A program made the translations under genes and the position numbers. From Chrysomallon squamiferum (Eukaryota > Animalia > Mollusca), in the NCBI GenBank assembly GCA_012295275.1, contig CM022667.1, positions 13,888,001 to 13,952,000 on the forward strand: a stretch of DNA of 64,000 nt. Reading direction: 5' to 3'. Positions 1 to 15,958 of the stretch are shown here, piece by piece. Numbering within the stretch: the first letter of the stretch is position 1; every line of letters begins with the position of its first letter. The notes below the pieces were generated by a model. The model saw only the letters and a program-made list of their open reading frames with translations. It did not search any database and was not told the DNA's origin.

Positions 1-131
1 GTTGGCATGTCTGTACGTCATAACATTAATGAAACACTTGAATTATGTATGCATGGGTTTATGCTGAAACTCGATGTTTGGCCCGAGTCTGACTTTACTC
101 AATTTAAGCCTTTTCTTTTGAACACTCTCTC

Positions 132-166
<35 letters not shown>

Positions 167-418
167 TTTCACTGTTTCACTAATCAATAATATATAACCA
201 GTTTTATAATATATATAGCTATAATACACATACAATATTTCTGCTTGTTACTAAGACTAAATAGTTATGAAATTCTACGTTAATATTTTGTATGATGTTA
301 ATTTTATTATTTTTAATATTATTACTGTTATTTATTATTATTATTATTATTTTTATTTTATTTTTTATATTTTTTAGCGGTCATTAAGTCCAGTACAGGG
401 TCCTTTAGTATTTTCTTT

Positions 419-2931
<2,513 letters not shown>

Positions 2932-3884
2932 ATCCCTTTGAATTCTTCATCCAGTTAAAACATACCTTCTGTTTCTGAAATTGTAGAATAACAGTTTTAT
3001 ATCAGTTAATTACTACTACTAGTACTTCTTCTACTACTATTCTTTTTTTTTTAAGAAAGAAAGATTATGGACAGACACATTCACAAGCACGCACATGCCT
3101 ATGTACAATACCAGGTTAAAAAAAAAAAATGTTATCTATTTTATTATCATAGATTTGTCTGCTTGATAGTTTGTTTGAAGCAAAACAGAAGAAGAAGGAA
3201 GAAATAACAATAACCAACAAACAGATAAAAAAAAGCAAACAACAACATTTTTCCATATTGAGTTGATGTCCCAGTATTTTTTTTTTTTTTTTTTCTTTCT
3301 ATTAGTTGGCGTTTTGAAATTATGCCCGAAAATGCTCCCGTTTCAAAAGTCTGCGAAACGTTTTACGCTTGTAGTATCAATGTCGTGTTAAGACACAATC
3401 ACGGTTAACAATAACCGCATGGACCGCACTGGTTTAGCATCCTTGCAGTCCTTATACGACCTCTCAGTTCATTTTCCGCGGTTATATCAAGGGGTAGGGG
3501 TTCTAGTAAATGGCTTTGCTAGTGGACCTGAAATGCTGCTAACAGGGCCCTGTGTTGAAGGTTCAACGCTGATATCTAGATATGTTCATATTAATGAACT
3601 TAGTTACTAAGCTGCATGTTTGTACAGACGTACTGATTCATAATAGGAATATTTTAAAGCTTCGATGTTCTGTAAGCACGATATGTAAAATAAGCGTAAC
3701 ACGAAAATTGGTTTTCTTTGGCGTGAAGCGATAAATTAGCGATGCAAACGTATTTTGTTTAATTATTGTCAATCAAAAATGTATTCTTTACAAATCAGAA
3801 GAAATTCAGTCACATAGCTTAAACAATTTTGAAGATAACTAAAAAAAAAATATATATATATAATAATAATAATAATAAAAAAAA

Positions 3885-3943
<59 letters not shown>

Positions 3944-4730
3944 TCAACGATTTCAAACATTTAGAACGTTTAAAAGTTGTCAAAAAATCCAATCAGAAGA
4001 CAGCAATTTTAAAGTTTTGGAGAAAGGTCAACCTGAAAGATGATTGATTTAAATGTTCCATTTAAGTCATCTATTTAGGGTATGAGACTACTTCTCTTTT
4101 TCACGATTTTTCTAACATTCAGTTCTCATGTTTACCTATTCATCTGCGTCGCTTTGTTTTTCGGATTTTCATTTACGTCTTTATGTGGATTTATCTTTAC
4201 AAAATATGTTGATAATATATGGTCTCATTCTACTGTTAAACACTGAGTAATTTTCAGGTTGGGTATTTACTATTTCTGAACAAACCCAAACAAAAAACAA
4301 CAACAAAGAAGAAAAAAAAAAAATGGTAGCAAACGTCTCTGGCGGCCGTTAGCATGGCTAGATGCAGACGTATTGTACAACAGAGCACATAACAAAACTA
4401 GGATGATATGTCTAGCAGCCGTTTGAATAACAAATGCGGGACATCGTAAAGGCGAATAAAGTAAATAAAGTAAACGTCTCAATATATTATTCCGATATTA
4501 CAAATAATTTACAAACGTTAATAACACAGTTTTCTTTTGCAAAGTCCAATACACCTATGATAAGTAAAATATAAACGTTTGTACAAAAAAAGAAAAGCAT
4601 CTCACTTTCAAATAAAATACAATAAACTTTAAAAGAAAATCATAAAAAAAAAAAAAAAAAAAATAATAATAATAATAATAATAATATAATAAATGACCAT
4701 ATTACTTGGATTGTTCAGATTCCAAATAAA

Positions 4731-4785
4731 AGACGTCAAAGAAAAATGACGTAAGAAAAAGATAGCCTCGTTCTCAGCCAATCAG
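4731..4785. promoter_or_regulatory. Putative promoter of G0: two CRE-like sites plus a CCAAT box
   Basis: AGACGTCA (4731), AAATGACGTAA (4744-4754) and AGCCAATCAG (4776-4785), about 1.8 kb upstream of the G0 ATG. These are the same two CRE-like words found upstream of the plus-strand genes. Confidence 0.45.
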
Positions 4786-5229
4786 ATAATTCAGGGGAGG
4801 TAATTATGGCATCATTCAGTTATTTGAATATTGTAACATAGAGATCCTTACCTTTGTTCGCTACTGCAAAATTATTTGCGAGTACCATTGGCGACCGATA
4901 GCTTTGCTACTAAATGCAGTCATATGATCGCTAAAATTGTAATATTAGTAATACGCCGTAGATCTAAAAGGCCAGAATACTTTATATATGGAATGTATGT
5001 ATGTTTGTATGTATGTATATATGTATATATGTGTATATATATATATATGTAGCATTGCTGTTACGTAAAAGTTAGCTAAATATATTATTTCCTGTATGAT
5101 CTTCTGTTCAACTTTACTTAAAAAAAAAAAATAATAATAATAATAATAAAATAAATAAATAAAATAATAATTATAAAAAATAAATAAGTAAACGAATAAT
5201 AGAAAGATAATAAAAGGTTTAAAATAAAG

Positions 5230-5279
<50 letters not shown>

Positions 5280-5534
5280 GATAGGAAGAAGAAGAAATAA
5301 ATAAATAAATAAGTAAATAAAAATAAAATAAAATAAAGAAATAAAAATAATCACTTGGAGATATTTCACACGCATTATTTTATTAAAAATTTAAAAATCA
5401 CTTTATACTGAGAAAACCTTTTTTTTTTTCTTCACTTTTTTCATTCTTGCATCTGAATATTCCCTTATCCCAAGTAACTGTTAATATTAAAATGAACAAC
5501 TGACGTGTTAACTTATTTAATTTTTATTTTTTAG

Positions 5535-5611
5535 GTGAACACCATGCTCGCAGATCTCTCTTCTCCATGTGGACTGGAATAATGATAGCGCTTGTCATTT
5601 TAGACAAATAG
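5535..5611 (+). pseudogene. Orphan last exon (GPI-signal exon) of the family
   Basis: ttttag|GTGAACAC...AAATAG encodes GEHHARRSLFSMWTGIMIALVILDK*. About 60-70 nt of intron-4-like sequence precedes it and family 3' UTR follows. No plus-strand exons 1-4 are visible upstream in the window. Confidence 0.8.
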
Positions 5612-5645
5612 ACAGAATAGACATTTAACAAAATTTTGTGCACAA

Positions 5646-5690
<45 letters not shown>

Positions 5691-5954
5691 AAAGAAAAAG
5701 AAAAAAACAAGTAATCAGTCTTATCTTTAAAATTTTTAAAATAAATTAATATTGCTAATTATCAGTTGTTGACTGCATTTTAAATGGTTTCTTATATTAT
5801 GATCCTTTTAAATCATTTGAAAAACGAACTAAGGATCTCCATTGAAAAATTGTTGGAATAATGTTGACTATTACGACAAGTCACGTATTTTTATTTGCTT
5901 GTTACATAGTTTAGCTGCAATGCTACACATATAGAAAGATAAACAGATATATAT

Positions 5955-6001
<47 letters not shown>

Positions 6002-6517
6002 CAATATATGCATTGAACATTTGAATGGCAACATTAGGCATACTAATATTTCAACAGGGCATGATTGCGGCGATAAAATGTAAAGATTTTGTCTAGATAC
6101 ACTAATATTATTACAACAAAATACCGAAAACTTCAAGTCGCTTTAAAATAAGCATCCGAAAAAAGAAAATCGTTTGAAAACTAAGATGGTTATTTATCGT
6201 AATATTGACATTGTGAACGCAAGTGGATCTCGTTCCATGATAATGGCAGAACTAGAGTGCGTTTTTTGCAGATTTTTAAAACGTTACAGACTGACGAGGA
6301 TGTCAAATTCTCCAGTGCACGAATCTGTCTCTCTCACTTTGTATGTGTGTGTGTGCGTGCGTGTGTGTGTGTGTGTGTGTGTGTGGGTGTGGGTGATGAA
6401 ATAAATTGAATTTTGTTCGTACAGGGTCATAATTCAGCCAGTAGATAATGGACTTTTCATCCCTGTGCAACTTTTAGCCTGAAAATGTTTCTGAACATAA
6501 ATATCCTAGATATAATA

Positions 6518-6579
<62 letters not shown>

Positions 6580-6684
6580 TTACTACTGCTAATAATAATA
6601 AAATACTTGGGAAAAAAAAACTATAATAAAAACTGGAGTTTCACTTCAAAAGTTGGAAACACTTAAATGGAACTTACATACGAT

Positions 6685-6716
<32 letters not shown>

Positions 6717-6828
6717 GATATTATTAGCCTATCCTTAATAAATGTTCTTGCTTGTTCATTCAATATTTTATTTTTTGTCCTACTTTTCAGTCGAAAGAAT
6801 CTAGTTTAAATAATACTAACAAACAAAC

Positions 6829-6871
<43 letters not shown>

Positions 6872-7138
6872 AATCACTTTCGAAATAAATTTAATTGTTA
6901 TTTTCAACATACGTCACATCAGTGATTATTAATAGCAAACATCGTCTTGGAGAAGAATTAATCGCTGTTTGAAAGTCACATTATTATTATTATTATTTCT
7001 TTATTCATTCCTTCATTTTTATTTCTTTATTTATTAAAGATATACTGCAACCTATTTTCATCTAGGGTACGACTTTCAATAAATACGCAGAGCTCTGCGA
7101 ATAGATTAAAATTGTTCAAAGTTCATTAAAAGCTGTCA

Positions 7139-7164
7139 GGAAATGACGTAAACACCAGACGTCA
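7139..7164 (+). promoter_or_regulatory. Family upstream cassette (ETS/CRE-like plus second CRE), gene A
   Basis: GGAAATGACGTAA...CAGACGTCA, conserved upstream of every full plus-strand copy. Confidence 0.6.
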
Positions 7165-8149
7165 GTTCCCTTTTTCTTCTGTGTCTGTAAGTACAAAATT
7201 TACAACATCAGAATTAGTACTAGTGGGTAATATGATATTATATATTTTAACCTATTCTTTCCTCGGAGCTTAGTTCTAGACCTTATCAGCAGATTATTTA
7301 TTGAATATTTTTCTTTGATTTCTTGTTCTGCTGCTCGTGCGAATGACAAGTACTTGGTGTTTTTTTTTTTTTTTTTTTTTTTAGAATAGAAACATTACAA
7401 TATTGCTTTCCTAGCCTAAAATTTTTAAGTTTATCCGCTGAAGAACCTCGGAATATCGTTTGAAAATATGCATCGAAATAATTCTTTTCATAATCTGAAG
7501 AAAAGTTACCCGATGCAATTTGACGAAAATCTGTATGTCAGAAAGTGTTCCAATACATCTAAAAAAATAAATAAAAAATAAGCGATCTGAACATATCTCA
7601 GAAATCCCAGCAGTATTTATATAACCAAATATTTCGTTTTTAATTGCCTGCTCTTGTATTTTGGACTGTTTCAGTTAATAAAATGCTGTTTTACAACATT
7701 TGTTAATCTGATGTGTTACTCTCTACTTTGACTAAGAATTATGTCTTCGCGTGTTACTTTGTCCAGTGTTACATGTAAAAACGTACAAATTGGTTGCTTA
7801 TGATTAGCGGCTGTTGATTGCTCCTAAATACTTAAAACAAATGTAAGGAGGCTGTTTTGAATTTTTATTATCTCTGCTTAACATATCGGAAGATTTTATT
7901 TATTTATTTATTTAGTTAGTTATTTATTTAATTATTTATTTATATTTTTAAAATGATACTTTTATTTTAATTCTAGTAAGAAAACAGTAAGCAAAACAAA
8001 ATCTGTCCCGCACTCGCAACTGAATGAAGAAAAAATAATCGATAAAATCTTGAATATCAATAATTTTTAAATGAAAAAAAAAAGAAAAAGATAAATTATT
8101 TATCGCACTCATTGACGCTTTGCCTTTTATATACTAGGTACATAGTGAG

Positions 8150-8486
8150 ATGAAGATACTATTAGCTCTCTGCATTTTGTCAGGTATCATTTAATTTTTT
8201 ATTATATTCAAATCTTGCACAGACATTCAAATATCTATAATTTATATCTCAGTAACAAATTTGCTTATGAAATGTGTTGTAGGTATATAAAGACACTAAC
8301 GTAATATACATTCTGCAGCAATAACATAATGTGTAATTCATCAAATGTTTTGTACAATAAATGCAATTATTTATTTTAAACGATTTAATTATTCATATTT
8401 CAGTTTGATTTTCAATCATAATATTTTATTTTTATGTTTGAGTTTTCATAATAATAGATTTATAATTCTATAATATCTAAAATACG

Positions 8487-8584
<98 letters not shown>

Positions 8585-10298
8585 CGCGATAAAAATAATT
8601 TAAAGAGTATGCTAATTCTTTATATAGCATGTTCTGGTAGTTGGCAATTGTTCTGAAAACAAGTTTGCAGAAATATATTTACATATTTGTATATTTCAGT
8701 GACAATACATTTGGCTTTTTGTAAATGTGATATAAAAACAGCAATACGTTGCACTAAGAAGATGAAGAAGGACTTGGCAAAATCAGATGACAGCAAATCT
8801 GCAAATTGCCGGTATGTTTAAACGAAAATAACATAAATACTGTAACTTATAATATATATATATATATTTAAGGTTGTTTGTTTATATATCTTTCTATTTA
8901 TTCATTTATTTTAAATTCTTCTTATTGATATTTATGTTTTTGTTTGTTTGTGTAGTTATTTGTTTATTTATTAAGTAATTAATTCATTAATGTTGTTTCC
9001 ATCCATACATATATACTCTACACAGGCTGCGACGACATCTCATTTAAACTTTCTTTTTTAATATGTTATCCTTTTTCAAATTTTAAAATCATCATTACGA
9101 ATTTTTATTATTAAAGCACATTTTCTTCTTTTTCGCTGAATGTGTTTGACAAATGATAAAATAAACGTCACTTTATTTTTCGCTGAATGTGTTTGACAAA
9201 TAATAAAATAAACGTCACTTTATTTTACTCTGAATGTGTTTGACAAATAATAGAATAAACGTCACTTTATTTTTCGCTCAATGTGTTTGACAAATAATAA
9301 AATAAACGTCACTTTACTTCAGTTTATCACGAGTATATGCGTCGTGCCTGGTAAAAGCAAAATGCTTGTCTTCTTCACTGTTTTATGGAACAGTAGAAGT
9401 TCTGAAAGAGAGTATTGTGAAAAACTGCTGTAAATATTTTTTAATAATAATAATAATATTTAGCGATATTTTATTATTCCATTTCTGTGGGTATATATAT
9501 ATATATATAAGAAAAATAAGAAAAATAACAACAACAAAATAAGGAACATACATACATGCATATGCATATACATTTATAAACACATAATTATAAAAACACA
9601 CACACACACATAATTATACAAATCATTTTCTAATAATATTTCAGTTAAGAGGAAAAAATTCTCTCGTGCACGTAGCAGCAAAGGTAGGTGGTTTTAGATA
9701 AGTATATTAAAATGAAGATTCTTGAAAGGGGTGTTTAATTATCCCTAAAGTTCAAAAACCTTGCTATTAAATCAAGTAGATGTGTCAAATGTACTCCGTA
9801 GTTATTGTTCTGTTTTTAGACATCAATCTCTTATTATAATAATTAATAATGATGTCAAATGCAGTTGTAGTCTTAAATTCCTACTGTATTACCATCAAAG
9901 TTTGATTGTTAGTTTGAAAACAATCATTAGGAACCATATCAAGTGCATTTATATTATTATAGACACATTTTTTGTCGAAATGCATCTACACCAAAGATGA
10001 TCTCCGTTATTTCACGCTTTGTTCGTATTATAATACGATGTCTTCTAATTTCTATTTCTATCAATCTATTAGAGTCATCTTCTGCTATCACAGGATTAAT
10101 AATGTTCAATCATTGGTTCGTTTCTGCACTGGCCAGTTCAAGTCTGTATGTTTGATCCCATATAATCTGTTAAAATTGAAAGAAAGCACTAAATATCAAC
10201 TGATTAAATTTGTATTTCCAGGTGAGCACCAGGCACACAGATCTCACTTGTCCATGTGGACTGGAGTAATGATCGCTCTCGTTATTTCAAACAAATAA
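8150..10298 (+). CDS. Gene A: six-Cys GPI-anchor-like protein, 122 aa
   Basis: Exons 8150-8183, 8700-8811, 9323-9429, 9645-9683, 10222-10298; GT-AG; open frame. MKILLALCILSVTIHLAFCKCDIKTAIRCTKKMKKDLAKSDDSKSANCRLSRVYASCLVKAKCLSSSLFYGTVEVLKESIVKNCFKRKKFSRARSSKGEHQAHRSHLSMWTGVMIALVISNK. Confidence 0.9.
8489..8582. repeat. (AG)n microsatellite in intron 1; positionally conserved in copies A-F, H, I and J
   Basis: Pure AG run. Equivalent runs lie at about 15111, 20675, 26418, 31507, 37016, 42352, 46417 and 51929. Confidence 0.95.
9134..9320 (+). repeat. 47-bp minisatellite x4 directly upstream of gene A exon 3
   Basis: Unit approximately CGCTGAATGTGTTTGACAAATAATAAAATAAACGTCACTTTATTTTT, starting at 9134, 9181, 9228 and 9275. 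Confidence 0.9.
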
Positions 10299-11120
10299 AA
10301 ATGGCATTCAACAAAACTTGTGTGTCCAGACCTCAAAGACTGCAATACTTAATTAAGACCAAAAAATAAAAAAATAAAAAAAAATAAGTAGAAAGAAATT
10401 GAAACAAAAATAAGTAATAATTACCAGTTAATCTCCAGCTTTAAAAATTAAATAATATTACTAATTATTAGTATTTGTTGGTTGTCTATTTTAAATGGTT
10501 TTGTACATAGATTTTGTCTATATATATTACGATCCTTTTAAATGATTTGTAAAAAAACCCAAAAAAACAAACAACAACAAAAAAAATAACAATAGAGGTA
10601 AGGGTATCCATTTAAAAATTGTTGGAATAATGGTTAAAAGTAAAATGGCTCAATTGCTTAGTTATATATATATGCTACACTTTATAAAACTGAAACAACT
10701 TTTTCATCTTGACTTTTCAAAAACTAAGGCGGTTATCGCAATACTGACATTGTGAGGGCAAATGGATCTAATCTATGAGAATGGCAGCACACAAATTCAT
10801 TATGGTCTGCCGTTTGAAAAAAATGCAATCTTTGCCTAGTGACACGCAAATGGATAACATTAAAAAAGCAGCATATTAATACTTTAATGTTAACTTTCAA
10901 TGCCTTGCACAGATGTGGCCAAAGTATACAACTGGCGGATTAAGACAGCGAGATTATAAATATAAATATATTTGTTAAATCAGTTATTTAAATGGCAAAT
11001 ATGTTTTCCCTGCTTCTCTTCTTGTAGAATGTCTTTGTGGATTTAAGTAGGGAGTACACTCAAAATTTCAAAATTACTGAATTTAATTTTTAAATATATC
11101 ACTTGAAGAAGGACCTCAAG

Positions 11121-11154
<34 letters not shown>

Positions 11155-11284
11155 AAAGGAAACAATTAGCACTTTGAATTTTTAAATTGGATAAGGAGTT
11201 TATGAGCTACGTCAAATCAAAGATGCTAAAATGCCCGATTTGTTTTTAGAAAAAGTGAGCTAGTAATTACGTAAATAAGATCAG

Positions 11285-12967
11285 ATGACAATGAAGCAGC
11301 TACAAAATTTGTTGACGAGTTCACCAAGTCGGTCAGTGATGAAAATTTAAGTCCTGACCAGGTTTATATCGCAGATGAGACTCTTTTGGAAATGTACACC
11401 CAAAAGAACACTGAAAGCGGAGGATACAGAATCGTCGACAGGTTATAAAGCATCGAAAGACCGTGTTACTGTGCTGGGCTGCTCCAATGCTGCAGGAACA
11501 CGCAGGTGTAATTTACTGGTCTTCGGTAAAAGTTTACGTCCTCGAGCTTTCAAAGGCATGACACAGATTCCTGTAAATTACCGTGCTAACGAAAAAGGTT
11601 GGATAACAACTGAACTGTTATTGGATTGGTTTCAGAACTGTTTTGTCCCCGAAGCAAGAGCTCATTCTGACTCTGTTGGCTTGGGCCGTAATTGTAAGAT
11701 AATGCTTATTTTAGATAACTGCTCCGCTCATCCAAAAGCAGAATTTCTGGTAAAGAACAATGTTTTCGGTATCTATCTTCCATCTTTCCACTTCCTTGAT
11801 TCAACCCCTGGACAATGGCATATTACATTCATTAAAGTCGAAGTATCGCACTCATTTTATGAGGCGCCTGCTGAGTGAAGTTAACTCTGGGAAGCCTGTA
11901 CGTGAGTTTATTCGTGACTATAATATGAGAGTTGTGGTTTACTGTGTTGCTTGGAAATCTGTACAGCCTGCTTCACTGAAACATGGATGGCACAAATTGT
12001 GGCCAGGGTTAACATATAAAACAACACCTGATGAAAATCGGGAACCAAAACGTTATAGAAATTAGGTCTTCAAAGGAGAAACAGTATATAGATGATCTGT
12101 TGTCTTTTGTTCGTGATCTGACCAATCCTGCTGCATCTAGGCTGGATGAAGATAACACTGAAGAATGCATGACTGTTGATGACGGTGCATCTGTTGTTTG
12201 TCATTTATATGGACTCAGAAATTGTACGAATGGTTGTAAGTCCAGAGCAACAAACCAGTGAAGGAGAAAGTAGTGATGGAAATGAGGATAATGTAGCAGA
12301 AAGAGTTTCTATTGATCGGTTAATTCAGCTGACAGGTGAACTGCTAAAAGGTTTAGAGCAGCGCAGTTTTATAACTGAGCAAGAAATAGTGAATATTTAC
12401 ATGCTGCATGATAAACTAATCAAAGAAAGACCAAAATATATGAAACAGATCAGCTTGCCAGATATATTTTAAAAAATTGGCTACAAAGCGTGTAGCTGAG
12501 AAGACATCAATTGAAAATTCAGTGCCTTCAACACTTGCTCACTCAGATGGTAATCCTGACATCTCCTCATCATATGCACATCTATTGCCTTCAACAGCTG
12601 CTCACCCAGTTATGTTGCCACCGTCACCATCAGTTCCTGATATCTCACTCACCTTAGAAGATGATGATGAGAACCTTGACAACCCTCCACCTCAAGACAT
12701 GTAAATGCCACTTTGGAAGTGGCAGTGATGATCTAATGTAAGTCAACAGAATTAATTTGTAGTATACCTGTGCCCGTATTTCATTACATTTTTTGCTTGA
12801 ATTTATCTGATAATTTTCTTTTCTTTATTAATCAAATTGTGCTGTTTTATGGGATATTTTAATTTTAAGATGAGGTGGTTAGCTAATGGGTTTGGTGTAT
12901 TCTAACCTAATGGCTAATCCGGCACCCTCCAGGTCCCGATGATGCCAGATTAGTGATAGTCTACCTG
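11285..12967 (+). mobile_element. 5'-truncated Tigger/pogo (Jerky/TIGD-like DDE_1) DNA transposon with frameshifted transposase
   Basis: Fragments read ...DQVYIADET/LFWKCTPKRTL..., KDRVTVLGCSNAAG, KGWITTELLLDWF, LILDNCSAHP and TSLIQPLDNGILHSLKSKYR. These are typical pogo/Tigger DDE motifs, split over several frames (ORFs 11375-12704). The right end is ...CTACCTG followed by TA, as expected for a Tigger terminus. Confidence 0.9.
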
Positions 12968-13738
12968 TATCAACATTTTATTATACAATGTAACCTTGAC
13001 ATTATTTGCATATAATATCGACACGCACGCACCCATCTCTCAACACAGAAAGTGAAAATAATGTATTGCTCCCGTAACATTTGAAAACAAATTTATATAT
13101 AGTTGATCCCCACTTGATAAAGATAAATGATTATGTACTGTATAGGGTATAAAGCATATCGGATCAAAAAGAGTACTACTTCAGCCCAACATTAATTTGA
13201 TCTAGAACTAATATATACTTGTTCAGAAGACATTTATTTACATAATAGGAATAGTGATATCAATTTAATTATAATTTATTCCAAGTAAATTTCGTTTCTG
13301 CTTCTTTCTTCGAGCGATTACAGGAAAACAATAATTCTGACGTTGTTTTCACCATGATCACGTAATCCAGACAGGATTTTCCTTCAAAATGAATGCTCAT
13401 TGGTTTATTTTTAATTGGTCGAAAAAAAAAATAATATAATAATAAAAAATAAAAAAAAATAATATTAAAGCTCATTATGTACAATTTGAATTGAAAATGA
13501 TTAGTAAAAACAAAGGAATTCGCGTAACGTCATCTGGGTTTAGTGAACTCCCTAATTTAAGGTATATATAAAACTAACAACGATTCGAACATTCCAACTT
13601 GCGAATCATGTCTCACTTTGCAAGAGATAACGATTAAAAAAAAAAAAAAAAAAATACGAATTTTTATTTATTTATTTATTTATTTACTTATTTTTGTCTT
13701 AAATAAAAATGAAAGAAGAAAAGTTTTCAGGTTTCGTT

Positions 13739-13783
13739 TATAAAAGCTGATAGGAAATGACGTAATTTTAACAACAGACGTCA
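13739..13783 (+). promoter_or_regulatory. TATA-like box plus ETS/CRE-like cassette, gene B
   Basis: TATAAAAG (13739-13746), GGAAATGACGTAA (13753), CAGACGTCA. Confidence 0.6.
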
Positions 13784-14552
13784 TTACGCCGGTACCTTTT
13801 TTCCTCTGTTTTTCTGTGTGTATGTCTCTGTTTAAGTGCAGTTAGTGCAATTATTTTCTCACAGTTTAGTTCTAATCCTTTTCGTCAGATGTTTTACTGA
13901 ATATTTTTCATAGGAGGTTAGTTGCTAATGACTGTTGGAGGATGCTTTCTTATATTAGGCACACTAATAACAACATTGTTTTCAAAGCCCAAAATTTTAA
14001 AATTATCCGCTGTAAAACCAGGGAACTTCAGCCGAAAATACGTATCAAAATAATTATTTTCATAATCAGAAGAAGTTATACATATTTAATTTTAATCTGA
14101 TGCAGTTTGAGGAAACTCTTTAGACAACAGTGTACTCCAATACATCACAGAAAAATGGCACCTAATAGATGCAGCCCTTAGGCCTTAACAATGACATGAC
14201 ATGACATTTGAATATGAGGTCATGTGACCAGAATCTCAGCAGTGTTTACATAATCCACGTACTTACTTAGTTGTTAATTGCTTGTTCTAGCATTTTCGAA
14301 ATTTTTGTTGTTGTTAACAAATTCTTCTTTTTTTATTTTATTTTATTTATTAATCTGTTTTGTTGCTTATAGTATTCAGTATATACTCTCAGCATTAGTT
14401 AAACAAACTTAAGATAATTAGATTATATAAATATTAGAAGGCTTTTTGAATAATTTTTTGTTTGTTTGTCATCTCTATTTATAGTGACATGAAATTATTT
14501 CACAGTGTTTCCTTCTGTTTTATTCTTAACGATCCTTTTCTATTAGTTGTAA

Positions 14553-14586
<34 letters not shown>

Positions 14587-14729
14587 AGAAAAAAACCCCT
14601 AACAAAATATTATTTTACATTATTCAGAAGAATTTTCTTTTTTATTTATAAATTATTGATATTCAATAACTCGTTTATCGAACTCACTGACTCATTATTT
14701 TTTTTTTTTTAGACTAGATACAAAGTAAT

Positions 14730-15096
14730 ATGAAGATACTATTAGCTCTCTGTATGTTGTCAGGTATCATTTAATTTTTTATTATTATATTCAGATCCTA
14801 CAGCCAGGAAGAACATTTAAACATCTCTATATCTCCGTAACGAAGTCAGTTTACAAAACCTGTTGCGTGTATATAAAGAATGATAATAACAAAATACAAG
14901 TTCTGCGGCAATAACATAATTTGTAATTCACCAAAAGAAATAAAATCTTTTTGCCATTAAATCCAATTATTTATTTTATAAATATTTAATTATATCTTAT
15001 CAGTTTGATTTTCAATCATAATATTTTACCTTTAAGTTAATTTTTATAATTACAGTAACAATATATTTTATAACTGTATAAGTTCTAAAACACAAA

Positions 15097-15183
<87 letters not shown>

Positions 15184-15870
15184 TTATTTCTATATTGTCA
15201 ATAAAAAGTTTATAAACTGTACTAATTGTATTACATAGTTTGTTCTAGAGGTTTGGTAAAGAAAAACTGGCGCAACCATAATTCCAAATTCCTATATTTC
15301 AGTAAGAATACACTTAGCCTTTTGTAAATGTGATGTAGAGGGAGCAAAAAGATGCAATGAGGTCATGTTGCAGGATTTGGCAAAAATGAATGGAACAAGA
15401 TTAGAAAATTGCCGGTACGTTTACACGAAAATAGCGTTATATATAACTTACAACAGATCTTTATTTATATTTGTATTTATGTTTGTAATATATTTTTATT
15501 TATATTTGTATTTATGTTTGTAATATATTTTTATTTATATTTGTATTTTTGTTTGTAATAGACTTTCATTTATATTTGTATTTTTGTTTGTTCATATCTC
15601 TTTATTTATTTATTCATTTATTTTGAATTCTTCTTATTTGTATTTATATTTTTATTCGGTTGAATAGTTATTTGTTTGTTTGTTTATTTAGTAATTAATT
15701 GATACAAATTGTTGTTTTTTTATAGATATATATCTATAGCCACATCTATTTTGTTTTTATTTTTGTTTTACTTTTCTTTTTTTTTACGTTTGTTTTCTTT
15801 CCTAGTCAATATTAAGTCTATTTTAGTATTTTATTTTATTCTATATTTTTATTTTATTCTATATTTATAT

Positions 15871-15958
<88 letters not shown>

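Noticed and set aside
3300-4500. Moderately GC-richer patches upstream of G0 (about 3400-3600 and 4330-4460)
   Set aside because: No recognisable coding motif, terminal repeats or RNA structure. They are probably old repeat fragments but I cannot support a call.
9134-9320. Regularly spaced repeats that could be mistaken for a CRISPR array
   Set aside because: They are head-to-tail with no unique spacers, lie in a eukaryotic intron, and no cas genes are present.
8150-10298. Assignment of the family to Ly6/uPAR (three-finger), saposin-like, odorant-binding protein or attractin families
   Set aside because: Cys number and spacing do not fit. There is no CCxxxxCN, no CxxC and no C-x3-C, and the spacing is much longer than in attractin. 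No gene symbol is given because identity is untested.
11375-12704. Possible domesticated Jerky/TIGD gene
   Set aside because: It has multiple frameshifts, no N-terminal DNA-binding domain and a retained transposon end, so it is a decayed element.
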